The notes beneath the pieces are model-generated. The model was given only the letters and a program-made list of their open reading frames with translations, made no database searches and was not told the origin of the DNA. DNA of 61,869 bases, counting the filler. It is 10 parts of 10 records of this genome, joined end to end, with 100 filler letters (N's around TTAATTAATTAA, not from the genome) between each part and the next. Parts side by side here need not be neighbours in the genome. Positions count along the whole stretch, not along the records: positions 1 to 6,799 come from SRR7504441_9332; positions 6,900 to 19,090 come from SRR7504441_9338; 8 more parts are not named here. The stretch is one strand, 5' to 3'. The position numbers and the translations under genes were made by a program. Every line of letters begins with the position of its first letter. The first letter of the stretch is position 1. Below, piece by piece: positions 1 to 11,200 of this stretch.

Positions 1-180
1 CCGGCTCCGCAATTCGCTCGAGCCCTCTCCCCGGGCCATCCACTGGTTGAGGGCCGCGCGGGCCGGTGGCTGGAGCTGGAGCACTTGCCAGCCGAGCTTG
101 CGCGCGAAGTTCTGAGCAGCCCGAGCCCGGACGGCCGGCAGCTCCGACTGCAGCTTGCTTAGCAGCGCCGATTCGTCCAT
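1..180 (-). CDS. 5' end of a gene running off the window; resembles the rotatin N-terminal domain
   Basis: ATG at 180 on the minus strand gives MDESALLSKLQSELPAVRARAAQNFARKLGW..., open to base 1. It resembles the RTTN_N pattern L..KL....eiRerAl.....Kl. Short and not in the ORF track. Confidence 0.4.
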   Translation of the reverse strand, partial: MDESALLSKLQSELPAVRARAAQNFARKLGWQVLQLQPPARAALNQWMARGEGSSELRSR

Positions 181-272
181 AGTAGCAGTCGGAAGCTCAG
201 GATGTTGCCATGTTTGATTTCAGTTTGAACAACGGACTCGGACTCTGCTGCTCTGACAGCACAGCACGGCTG

Positions 273-3200
273 ATGGGCACCGCAGGCAGGCTGCTGCTGC
301 TGCTGCTTGGAGCTGTGCTAGAGCGTCTGTGCTGTGCGACACAGCCGCAGCGGCAGTGCCACCTTGAGCCTGGGTACCGGTACGACTCGACGCAGAACAC
401 CACAGCACTGCGGGTATGCACGCCTGGCACCCGGCCGGAGAGGGTGTGCGTGGTGGGCGGCGGCTCGTCCGGCGTCCACATGGGCTGGCTGCTCCGCCGG
501 CGAGGCTTCGAGCGCATCACTGTGTACGAGTCCCGAGGCTGGCTGGGCGGTGACGCCTCCGAAGTGCTGACAGCGGGCAATGTCACCCGGGAGCTGGGGG
601 CGGCATTCCTCTCGCCGGACTATTACGAGGTGCGGGCGTTGTTGCACAGGTACAATCTGACCGAGGTGCCGATTTCTGTAAGCAGTATGGTCCGTTTGCA
701 TTCTGCATCCGGTGCGGTGCAGAGCAGCGAAGCGTGGCTCAATAGCTGGCTGGCCGACTGGACCGGAACCGCCGACCCTGCCACCAATGGCCGTTTAGTA
801 AGCGAGGCGCTGGATAAATATGCCTCGATACACCAACAAATCTTTGGGAGGTACAGTGGCCGATTCCCTCCGAAGCCCAAATCAGCCGAGCTGCTCGTCC
901 AAATCAACGGCACAATTGTCCACTTCCTGCGACGGCATCAGATCGGATTGCTCACGCCTATATTCTATCAGTTCTTCGTATTGCAGGGCATGGGGCTGCT
1001 TGATCAGATGCCTGCGTACTATGTGCTCAAATGGGTCAGCCCTGCCTCTCTGCAAGCTGGTGGGTTTGGGCACAACAGTGATACACCGCTGGCAATGGTT
1101 CAGCAGGGGTATGGTGCCCTGGTGGAGCAGATGGCTGCCGAGGCCCAGTTGGACGTCAGGCTCGGGGTGGCGGTACGCAGTGTGCAACGTTACCCAGACA
1201 AACCAGCACGAATCGAGCTGTCTGATGGCACCTCGAGCTCATGCGACATCGTGGTGCTCTCTGGCCCGATAACAAACTTTGTGCGCGGGAGTGACAGTGG
1301 GGATGTCCCGCCAATTTTGCACCCGCCGACAGCGGAGGAAGTCGAATTGTTTGGCCCCAAGCATGCGATGCAGTTCCTGATCCAGTTGATCCAGTTTGGG
1401 GAGCTGCCTGAGGACTATGGAGCGCTAGAATACTGGTAGCCTCCCCTGATCAATACCCCCACCAAACCAAGCTGTTTCTTGACTGATCCTCTTCAAATTG
1501 ACAGGCCCGATTCATTCAGAGGTAAAGGGCGTGTGATTGTGAAGCGCGACATCAGTGATGCTGAGCATAAGAGCAACCGCACAGGCAGCAGGATTGCTGG
1601 GGTGCAATCGTACTCCTACTGGCCTGAGGTAGCTGCAATACTGCCTGCTCTGCTGTGCCCTGATTATGCCATGTTTGGCAGCCGATTTGCAACCAATCGG
1701 GACATCTCGAGCATCAAAGACAGTGGATTGAATCACAGAACCTCAGTGCTTCCAAACTAATCGCCCGACGGTGGTACAATACCTACCTGTTCCATTACCC
1801 AGACTCTCAATATATCTTGCAAGGCAAGCCATGGCAGCTTGATAGCATACAAATGCTCAATCACACGCTCTATGTTGGTGGCTGCGCTTCTTTCGAGACT
1901 GTAGAGGACTCATTTAGCTATAATCTTGATTTGGTAGCCCGCATTTTTGATCAGGAAACAGAGCTCACACTGCCGACTGCAGAGGCACCAATAGTGCGTC
2001 ATCACCAGGCGCTTGAGCAGTTGCTATTCAACCACAGCATTCCGTGCAACCAGCTCGATCACTTTGTGGCCGTTGATCACGCGGTCTGGACCAGCTTTCT
2101 GTCCAGGCTAGATGCGTTTGCACGCAAGCAGGTTATTATGGATCCTGACACAGGTGGCGATAACTGCACAGTGTGGAGTCATGTGCACTGGGCATCGCGA
2201 GAGCTCTGGAAGAACATCTCATCCGCACAGCTGGCTCGGAAGGACAAGGAGTTCACACAGGCCTTTGGCTACAGCCCCCAAATGCACTCGATCCCCACTG
2301 ATGGAGGGTTGGAAGTGCTTGCAACTGTTGGGCAGCCATTTGCCGCGTCTTTCAAGACTCGGGAGCCGCACGGTCTGCTAGAACGATTAAAGTACGCGAT
2401 CCCATGCGACAGAGTCAGCGCATTTGTGGCTGCCGATGCTGCCTCGTTCACACCTGCAGTTGCAGAGCAGCCCGGGTTTGTGCAGAAGCAGGTATTAGTC
2501 GACCGGACTAGCCAGCCCACATGCAGCGTATGGGTGCATTCCTGGTGGCAATCACGTGCGCTCTGGGAGCAAGTACCAAAGCCGGTGATTAAGCAAGCGC
2601 ACGCTCTGTTTGTTGAGCTGTTTGGTGCGAATCCACTCACGAAAGCCAAACAGGGTCTTGATATTCTGCTCACCACAGAAGCAGTGCCTAATGCTATTCC
2701 TGCCATAAATGGGAATGACGTGGTTGCCTACCAATCGCTGCTGCCTGGACAGAAGGATGTGCGAGGATCGGCCTCCATCAAGAGGTTTGTTATTCCCAAT
2801 AGTATTATCATACGGTGCCAATTGCATAACCACGGACCTCAGGTTTATCGAGTCCGGCCCTCTCCTGCCGGAATCTTTGCGTCACATACACCCGCAACCA
2901 TATCAATTCTGGTTCGCCACTGAAGCAAACGCCCACCTATTCGATGCTGACCCTTGGTCGTTCATTCCTGCGTTTGGAGGACATTGCACTCACGGGATCG
3001 CATCACGCAATGATCTGAATGCATCACTCATTGTTGACGGGCGCGTTGCCTTTACCTGTGTCAACAGCACTGAGTTTGTTAGAATCAATCGAACAGTGTA
3101 CATGAATTCATGTGGCATGTATTTTGATTTCGTTAAAGACCCTTCAAGGGATGTTGCACAAGCGTCCAAGATGTGGACCAAGTGGTTTGGCCAACCTCGT

Positions 3201-3299
3201 GGAGTCGGTCCGATCAATGACGCATGCTTTCAAGATGGTGGCTCTTGGGACGGTGATCCTATTGGCGACTTGATACCCGCAAAGTGTGTGATCAATTAA
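273..3299 (+). CDS. Secreted FAD-dependent PUFA-isomerase/amine-oxidase-like protein fused to two TIGR03792-like (ABM-fold) domains and a C-terminal YHS domain; 4 exons
   Basis: Signal peptide MGTAGRLLLLLLGAVL; Rossmann motif VVGGGSSG...ITVYESRGWLGG...ELGA; C-terminal TLYVGGCASFETVEDSFSYNLDLVARIF as in PAI-type isomerases. GT-AG introns 1436-1504, 1629-1681 and 2785-2842 join ORFs 210-1439, 1479-1760, 1817-2923 and 2709-3299 in frame. Confidence 0.8.
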
Positions 3300-3599
3300 A
3301 TTATTAAGTAGCCGAATGTGTCAGAATACTCAGTGTTATAGAGATTTAAGCCATTTCATTGCTTAACATGACAATATTCTTCCCTTTGAAGATGATTGGC
3401 GATAGCTATAGATTGGCGAATTCGATGCAATCGCGTTTTAGACAGTCAACTCCATACAGAACAAGCAAGGTAGATCTACCATGAGATGTACTCTTTCCTA
3501 AAATGTGATTTCAGCTATCATGCTCTAAAGTTGGTTATGGGTGGTGTCAAAACAGGCCCATTCTGAACGGTGGAAATTATGGCACCCTTCGCTGACACA

Positions 3600-4526
3600 T
3601 CATTCACGGGCGATTAAACACAAGAAGCATAGCCGCAGCCAGTTTGTGAGCTTATTTTCGAAGCGGTCCTTAGCCGGATCGAACCCCGCGCACTTCTTGT
3701 CCTGGGCCACGGCGCTCTGGGTGGAGGTGCACACCGCCAGCACTGCACACTCGATCGCTCAGTCCAGCTGGGCTCGCTCACCTATCGGGTCGTCATGCTC
3801 GCACGGCACAGTCCTCTTCCCCCCGAACACAGCACGGGTCGCCTCGTCGTCGGCCAACACGAAGCTGCCGCTCTGAAGCCAGCCGGAGTTAGCTTGCCGG
3901 AAGCCCTCGGCTGTCTTCTTGCCTGCCAGCACCACCCGGCGCACTGCCCGGCCGGCTGGGCTCGAGCAGTACGCTTGAATGTCGTTGGGCACCGCCGTCT
4001 TGAGGAGCAGCTCCCCGTCCGGCTTGCCCTGCTTCTGGGCGCTCGCAAACAGGTGCCACAGCGCGAACCCTCGCCCAGTGACCCGCCCGAGCTGCTCCGC
4101 GTACCCCAGCTGGGGCCATCGGCCGGCCGACCGGCCGGCAACCCCATCGCGGATGTCGCGGCGGAGCGCGCGGCGCTTCCAGAGCTGGGTCGGGGTGAGC
4201 CGGCGCTCGAATTCGAACTTGACCCCCGCGGTGGGCCAGAAGCCGTCGTCCTCCCGGGCGGCGTACTCCCTGGTCTCGATGTCGGCCGCGGACGGCGAGC
4301 CAAAGAGCACGAGCGTGTGGGCTGGGGTGGCGCCCTCCGCTCGCGGCAGCCCGTGAACGGTCACGGTGCCCTGCCCGCAGCCGCAGCTCCCTTCCGGCGG
4401 ACCGTCGGCCTTGCGCTTGTTGCCCGAGATGTTGCCCGGCATGGATGGTTCAGATCCGTTGTCCGGTGGATCGTGGCACCTGACCGTGGCTTCATTAGGC
4501 GATTTGCTATCCGCGTAGGCGTTCAT
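3600..4526 (-). CDS. Uracil-DNA glycosylase superfamily protein (family 6 / hypoxanthine DNA glycosylase-like)
   Basis: Motif order HGLPR...LVLFGSPS...EY....DGFW...GFALWHLFAS...AVPNDI...VVLAGKKTA. After intron 3743-3781 the frame continues CTSTQSA...ENKLTNW to TGA at 3600. A probable in-frame 33-nt intron lies at about 4110-4142. Confidence 0.65.
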
Positions 4527-4601
4527 GCACCTGGCGAACCCCCGCTGATCATGGAGTTGAAGGATGCCGAATACAGTAGAGCTCTACATTTATTACGTAT
4601 A

Positions 4602-5585
4602 TCAAGCTTTCAATGACGCCCGGAGGCTGGCGTAGTCGGGACAGCCAGTCAGCTCGTGCACCTCTGCCCAAAGCGCCACGTTGACCAACTGCGCCACCTC
4701 CACCGAGACCGTCTCCCTCTTACCACCGGCCCGATTCACCTTGCTAGTGACCCCGACCCCGCTCTCCTCCGGCATCCCCGCCAGACGATTAAACCGCCGC
4801 CTGCCCGGGGCGTCATCAAACTTGCTCCCGTGCGCCAGCATCGCCTCGCGGGTCGAGTTGGCTGCCGCCCGCCGGATGACCGCCTGGTCGGTGATCCCTA
4901 TAAACTGGGCCACACGCTCCACGACCTTCTGCGCGTCGTCCAAGATGTCTTCGTAGAACAAAATCAGCAGCCGTGGATCCTCACGCCGCTTCCAGTACGA
5001 GCATATGTGTTCATAGTAAGTACCACCGTGCACTCGCATCGCCCCGCGGTTAGCCCAAAACCACCGGGCGAACCCGTCGAGCGACAGGGCCGCCTTGTTG
5101 AACTTGTACCCCCCGTAAAAGTGGTAGTAACTCTCGAGAACTTTGGCTGGCTCCCGCAGCACCGTTATCACCCTCCCCGCGCTAGGGAGCAGCTCGAACG
5201 ATAGGTGGCTCTTGAACAGCCGCGGCTGGAACCGCTGCTCGTCGGCCATCCCGCCTCCGGAGTCGGTCAGGGATTCCCACCATGGGGCCACCTGCGAGAT
5301 CTCTTCAAACTCCCAGTCCTCGCCACCGGCCCGCAGCTGGTGCGACATCTGCTGCAGCACGGTGGTGCCCACCTTGGGGAACGTGGCGATGAACACGTCG
5401 TCCGATCGTGCTGTGGCTCGGACCGCCGCGGCGAGCGAGGCCAGCGTGCGCTTCGAGTTGTTCCGGTTGATCAGTCGCAGGACCTCACGCAGCTCCTGCC
5501 GCTGGCGGTGCGCCTGCCGGAGCCAACACCAGCCCGCGGCCACGAGCCCGGCAGCCAGACACCCGTACGCATAGCCTGTGCTCAT
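4602..5585 (-). CDS. Sulfotransferase (Sulfotransfer_1 family) with N-terminal membrane anchor
   Basis: 5'-PSB motif DDVFIATFPKVGTT, RLFKSHL, 3'-PB motif VLREPAKVLESYYHF, LILFYED; hydrophobic N-terminus; intact 327-aa ORF. Confidence 0.9.
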   Translation of the reverse strand: MSTGYAYGCLAAGLVAAGWCWLRQAHRQRQELREVLRLINRNNSKRTLASLAAAVRATARSDDVFIATFPKVGTTVLQQMSHQLRAGGEDWEFEEISQVAPWWESLTDSGGGMADEQRFQPRLFKSHLSFELLPSAGRVITVLREPAKVLESYYHFYGGYKFNKAALSLDGFARWFWANRGAMRVHGGTYYEHICSYWKRREDPRLLILFYEDILDDAQKVVERVAQFIGITDQAVIRRAAANSTREAMLAHGSKFDDAPGRRRFNRLAGMPEESGVGVTSKVNRAGGKRETVSVEVAQLVNVALWAEVHELTGCPDYASLRASLKA

Positions 5586-5707
5586 CCTTTGGCAGGGGCC
5601 TCCAGGAACTGGGCGATGCGCAGCTCCTGATCCCTCCCCCCGGCCCGGAACGAAAGAAGTCCGTTAAATTATAGCAACGGCAACGCTTCGGTCACCGCGA
5701 GAAGAAC

Positions 5708-6799
5708 ATGGCGGCCGATGTGCCTGAGCTCCGGCTGCAGTTCGGGGCAGGGCAGGCGCCGGGGGAGCTCGTTAGCGCCCAGCCGCCGCACGCCCGATAC
5801 CGGGTGCTCCAGCAGCTAGCCCAGGCGCTTGGCTCGCACAGGATATACCACACCGCCCGGGCCGGGGTGCAAACCTGGCACCAGTCCGCGCAGGGATGGG
5901 CAGCGCAGGCCTCCCCCGCGGTCACCCCGACGCCCCGGCGGCTCCTGGTGACCGATATGTCCCCGACCTCCCGGCGGCGGGCGGTGGAGACGCCTCGGCC
6001 TCGCTCGCCCCGGTTCGCGTTCAGACTGGCCGACTTGCACGGCATCGGGGCAACGCTCGGCTGTTCGGCCGGGGACGCGGCGGAGGGCGTGTTTCGGATA
6101 GAAGGTGGGTTGGGGCCGGTGGGTCGGCCGAGCGGCCGGCAGGCGGGGTGTCGCACGCGTCGGTGCTGCTTGTGGTAAACGAGCAGGGTGACACGGTCCA
6201 GCTGTGCTGTGGGAATTGCAACATCCAGCTGGGCGGGTGCGTGGCGCTCGAGCTCAACAAGGACGAGCGGTCGGTCAAGTTCACCTTCTCCGACGTCAAC
6301 AGCAAGAGCAAGGCAGCCCAGCCAGCCCAGCCGGCACCGAGCCGGAATGGACAGCTGTCTCGAGAGCTATTGCTGGACGCAGCCACCCGTTATTCGCTGA
6401 CCAGCACCGACCGAAGCGCTGGGCCTATCCTGCCGGAGGGGTGCGGCCGCTAGTGCGGTGGCTGGCTGATCCTGGGCCGCAGCTGGGGGATGGAGCCTAG
6501 TATCAGTCGGCAGGGCGAGTGGACGTACGTGAATTCACACACTAAAGCGCGGCAGGCGGCTGGGCAGGCTCGGGCGGGGCTCACTGTCCGGATAGGTGGA
6601 GCGGCCGACAGGGCCCGCCCCGCAGCTCCCGGCAGGATGGAGGGTGGAACCTTCCAAGAGCAGAGCGGGCAGTTGGACGTGTGAACACCTGCAGTGCACA
6701 CAGTCAGCCTGGGGGCAGATTTGTTAATCAGCACACTCGAGCCCGGCAGAGCATGATTCCGACCGAGCCGGCGCTCCCCGAAGCCTCTGAGGACTGCTC
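5708..6799 (+). CDS. Protein with two WW-like domains, truncated by the contig end
   Basis: Introns 6105-6142, 6441-6482, 6556-6595 (GC-AG) and 6679-6718 give LPEGWGMEPSISRQGEWTYVNSHTKARQVERP and LPAGWRVEPSKSRAGSWTFVNQHTRARQSMIP. Confidence 0.7.
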
Positions 6800-6899
6800 N
6801 NNNNNNNNNNNNNNNNNNNNNNNNNNNNNNNNNNNNNNNNNNNTTAATTAATTAANNNNNNNNNNNNNNNNNNNNNNNNNNNNNNNNNNNNNNNNNNNN
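6800..6899. other. Artificial contig-joining spacer
   Basis: 44 N + TTAATTAATTAA (stop codons in all six frames) + 44 N. Confidence 0.99.
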
Positions 6900-7029
6900 T
6901 ATAATTATCTAGTAGGAAAACATAAAGGGTGCGCCGAGCTGACGTCGACCGGCTTAATACCGTGTACGCATGACGTACATGTATACTCGACTTACGAGTA
7001 CTCGTACAATCATGACATTGTACGTAGTG

Positions 7030-7830
7030 CTAGCTTAGATCTAGTGCGACGTACGGCTCGTACGCTGGGCTAGCATTGAGGTTCTCTCGACCGGCTTCAT
7101 TGATCGGCAGGCTGATCTGCTGCCCGGAGGCCTCTTGCACGGTCAGCGCCCGCATGTGGCCCCGGAATTCCTCCACTCGCCGGACTAGCGCCTGCTTGTC
7201 CCGCTGCTGCTGCTGCTTGGACTCGGCCAGCGCCTCAGTCAGCGCCTGTAACTCGCCCGTCAGATCCGCCCCCGGGGCTCGCACTGCCTGCACTGCCGCT
7301 CGCTCCGCAGTGAGCTCTACACGCAGCTGTCGGTTTACACTCGCACTCTGCCCAGACTCGCCCTCGAGCCAGGCGCGGCCGCACCTCCGGGGTGCGACCG
7401 GCTCTTCGGTTGGCCAGTGCCGAGGCCAGTCCGAGCTCGCTCTTGTAGAAGGTGACCTCGGCCTCCAGTCGGGCCAGCTGCGCCTCCCGGGCCTGTTCCG
7501 GCTCAGGGGCCGGCCGCTCTTGCTGCGCCCTGCCCGCGGCTCGCCCGGCGCCGGAGCCCCGGCCGCCTGCAGTGCTCCGAGGCCCGCAGCTGCCGCTCGA
7601 GCTGGGCAACCCGCTGCTGGAGAGTCCGAATCTGGTCGTCGCGCCCTCCAATTGAGCTGTCGCACGCCTGGCAGTGCTGCCAGAGCGCTTCGGCCGCGTG
7701 GAGCAGCTGCTTGCAAAACCTGCGCGCCCGCTCGACCACGACCCGGCCAGGCGCACTTGGGTAGCAGCATCCGCTTCTGGGCCAGCTCGGACACTACCCC
7801 AAGCATGGCCTGGTATGACGCCTCCGCCAT
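7030..7830 (-). CDS. Small coiled-coil protein; 4 exons
   Basis: Three ~37-nt introns, including GC-AG 7530-7566, link MAEASYQ...LLPK / FCKQLL...EHCR / AQQERP...RTPE / SASVNRQ...ALDLS; heptad-rich sequence. Confidence 0.6.
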   Translation of the reverse strand: MAEASYQAMLGVVSELAQKRMLLPKCAWPGRGRAGAQVLQAAAPRGRSALAALPGVRQLNWRARRPDSDSPAAGCPARAAAAGLGALQAAGAPAPGEPRAGRSKSGRPLSRNRPGRRSWPDWRPRSPSTRASSDWPRHWPTEEPVAPRRCGRAWLEGESGQSASVNRQLRVELTAERAAVQAVRAPGADLTGELQALTEALAESKQQQQRDKQALVRRVEEFRGHMRALTVQEASGQQISLPINEAGRENLNASPAYEPYVALDLS

Positions 7831-8249
7831 CAGGCCTTACACCACTCGCATGTCGGAGTTCGTATTTGAAGCAACGAGCTCTGAGCCGTAGATCTACGCG
7901 TGGCACAGCTCACGGTACTGTAGGGGGACCCCGGCCTCTGGCAATTGCAGCTGAGTGTACTTGGTACTTGTACTTGGTTGTACGCGATACAAACTAGGTG
8001 TAAATGGCAACGCCCAGGTTCATGCTAGTGTTCGCGGTAGCAGCGCTGTGCTATGTGAGCTTAATGAATAAATAGGCCCCGTTCCTTGTCGTTTGTCCAG
8101 CTTCCGCCCAGTGTCCGTGTCGTCCCCCGAAAGGCCGAAACCGCCATGGCAACAGAAAAGAGCCTAGCCCAAAGGGCATTAAAGGGCATAGTCCGATTGA
8201 TAACCGATTGGATTTATTTTTTATTTGAGAGAAAAATGGATTCAAGGCT

Positions 8250-11200
8250 TCATGCCGCTTGGGCACGATTCAAGAGCTCGTATAGAGACATCGCATGCTC
8301 GACGAGCAAACCATCCGGAAAGTGCTCGAACCATTCCGTTGCTTCCAAATCAATAGCCGCTCCGTAGGTGAGGTACTCCTTCAGTTGCTGATCAGGCTCA
8401 CAATACTCGATCTGCTTGCTCAAAAAGTCGTGCAGCACAGGAACTAGCACGGACAGATCTAGTACCTCGATGGCAGCCCCAATCCCACACTCTGCAGGAA
8501 GCTCGCGCTGAAAGCTGAACCACAGAAACAAGTCAATACCTAGCAAGAAAGCCCTGGCACACCACAGCGGCAAACGATCAGCGAGACTGCCGGAGATTTT
8601 CTCATCGAGCAGCACAAAGAGCGACTCGAGGTGGCCAAGCTGCACATGGTCCAGCGCTGCGAATTGGCAGGACACGTCCCAAGCCTGCAGGAGCACCAGA
8701 ATCAACTGGGCATATGCCGGCAGCCACCTCTTGCTGCAACATTGTCTCACACACGAATGAAGCGAGAGGAGTTGTGGGCTGGGCCAACTGCCCACCCCCG
8801 AAAGCGGCGATGAAGTTGATGCAGTCCTCGAGCACAGACAGCAGGGAAAGAGCAGAATCCTGGGTGTCGATCTGCACAGCTAGAGACTCCACGACCGCAG
8901 TACCAAGGGCTTGCTGACGAATCTGTGATGCAATCAATGCAAGCCTGCCATACACATGCAGGTTGGCAACGCTGCAGTCTACCGCAGGTGCACCTGCCGC
9001 TCTTCTGCACTTGGCCTTTGTACGGATAGTGGCATATATTGACCCCGACAACTGACTTTTGCGAGAAGAGCCGCTTGTTGAGAGACGCCTCGATCGCCTG
9101 TTACACCAGTCAGCTGCGCTGCGATAGGCAAGCCACCCTGAAATTGAAACGGCCATGGTCATAAAACCACTCGATCACAGGGAGTAGGTCCGTTGCACGG
9201 TCATATATGAGCAAGTGCTGCTCGATCGCGATGGGGGAGCTCTGAAAGCTCAAGCATGCTGTTGCCACACCGGTGCCTCGGGAAATGCTAGTGGCTGCTG
9301 GATTGAACAGCCTGTTGTGAAGCTGTGTAAGCCGGTTCAGAATTGCAATCGTGCAGAGACCTGCTGCATCCACCTCACCTCTCGCCACGAAAGGGAGCGA
9401 AAATGCGACCTGAGAACCCACCCTTATCATCAACACACACGCGCAGTTTGATCACACACCGGGGTGCTACTTGTCATCCCACCGCCCCCTGTGCGCGTAC
9501 CAGAGAGGTCGATCTCACCCGAACTGCCAATAAACGGATTGGCCTCGCACTCAAAGAGTAGCTCGATTCCGGGCAACACCGCATCAAAGGCCGAGCAAAA
9601 CTGGTCAAACACTTCGCTAGCCTCTGATTGAGATGAAAGAGGGAGCATCTGAATTACGTCTCGATTAGTTATTTCGGTTGCTTGGTCACGGGTAATTGCG
9701 CGTTGGCCACTAAAGGTATGGAACAGTATGGCGTGCCACTTCAGAACAGCACACATATGCTTGATGAGAGGCAGTTCAGCTTCATGCGCCATCAATTTGG
9801 CTAGCTTAACATGCTTGTTGCGCACTTGTGCAAAGTCCCGCTCGAATGCTGCAAACGTAACTGGCTGATAGTACTGCCACACTGATAGAAAGACAGAATT
9901 GGGGCAGGGGGCGCTTATAATTTCGGCCATTCGCTGTTCTCCAAACACTTGCTGCAGCGCCTCCTTCCTCTGATTGCCTGCAAACACCGACTGCAAGGTA
10001 GACAGGTCTGTGTGCACGAAACGCTTGCGCCCGGGGGCAAAGCTCGTTGAGTAGTGCTGCCCGATGGTGTGCTCCATGGCTGTGCAATATCGGTGGGATG
10101 TAGTAAGCGGTCCCAACGCTGACGCATCCTGAGCTGAATTCCGCATCCTCTTCGCATGTTCCGTCGTCATATTTACCAACATCAGGTGGAGACCAGTGCA
10201 TACAACACCTGGCACCATTCCACTTCTTCGTTCAAGCTCAGATAAATCTTCGCGCGTCAGCTCATCTAAAGCAAGGCTTGCTTGGTGGAACACTCCTTCA
10301 CGAGACTCACCTGCTGTGACACCCAGGATCTTGGCAACGGATGGTATGTCCACTTGGTTCATATCTTCGAGGGCTAGAGCGACCATGAGTCCGATGTGCA
10401 GGAACAACCGTGTTACGCAATCAATGCTATGGTCCTCTGTGTACATTCCTTTGCACTCACGGTTGTAGCCAGGAGCCCCAGTACCTGCCACAAGTCAGGT
10501 TCCCAGCCAACATCGTATCACTTACTCATCCCGCTCAGTTCGTCATATTCTATTTTCCTAGCGCCCTCCACCGTCTCATGATTAGCACCTGGACAGCAAG
10601 CATCATAAGCTGCCCACTGCAGGAACTACCTCCGATAGGAGCTCCGCAGCCAGGGTGCCCACAAGTTGCTGTTTCCATGGGCATCGTGCACTCACCGACA
10701 CTATAAGGGTGCCCATTTTCACAGAAATACCATCCAACTGCGCCCATTGCTCCTGCCGCCACCGCGAAATCCGACTTAGGCATCGATGGGATGTAGAGCC
10801 CATTGGACTTCAGCAAGCGGTAAGGCTGACAAATCACTGTGAAAATCCATGAGTGAGGACAGACGTAGGCAATCAGTGCCAAATGCTTTGCAATCTGTTG
10901 TCTGATCTCACTTACGATACCACTCGTATTCTCACTGAGCAGACAGCCCTGCTCAATGAACTTACCTAGTGTGGTCTCAATCTCATCGCTGCTTTGGGCG
11001 TCTGCATAGATCATGCCGAAATTTAAACCAAGCCCATCACAAGTCGACTTGTTGAGCCGGATTTGGCGCTGCTGCTGCATGTGCCATGTTTCAGGGAGCC
11101 AACGCGCTTCCTCGGGGTTTTCACGATCGTCAAGATAGCTGTACTTGCTAATGGCAAGCGGCCAGAATACACGACAGGCCACTTCAGACAGGTCAAATGA

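Noticed and set aside
2970-3000. Possible selenoprotein (YHS family)
   Set aside because: The relevant codon is TGC (Cys) in GGHCTHG; no in-frame TGA is needed.
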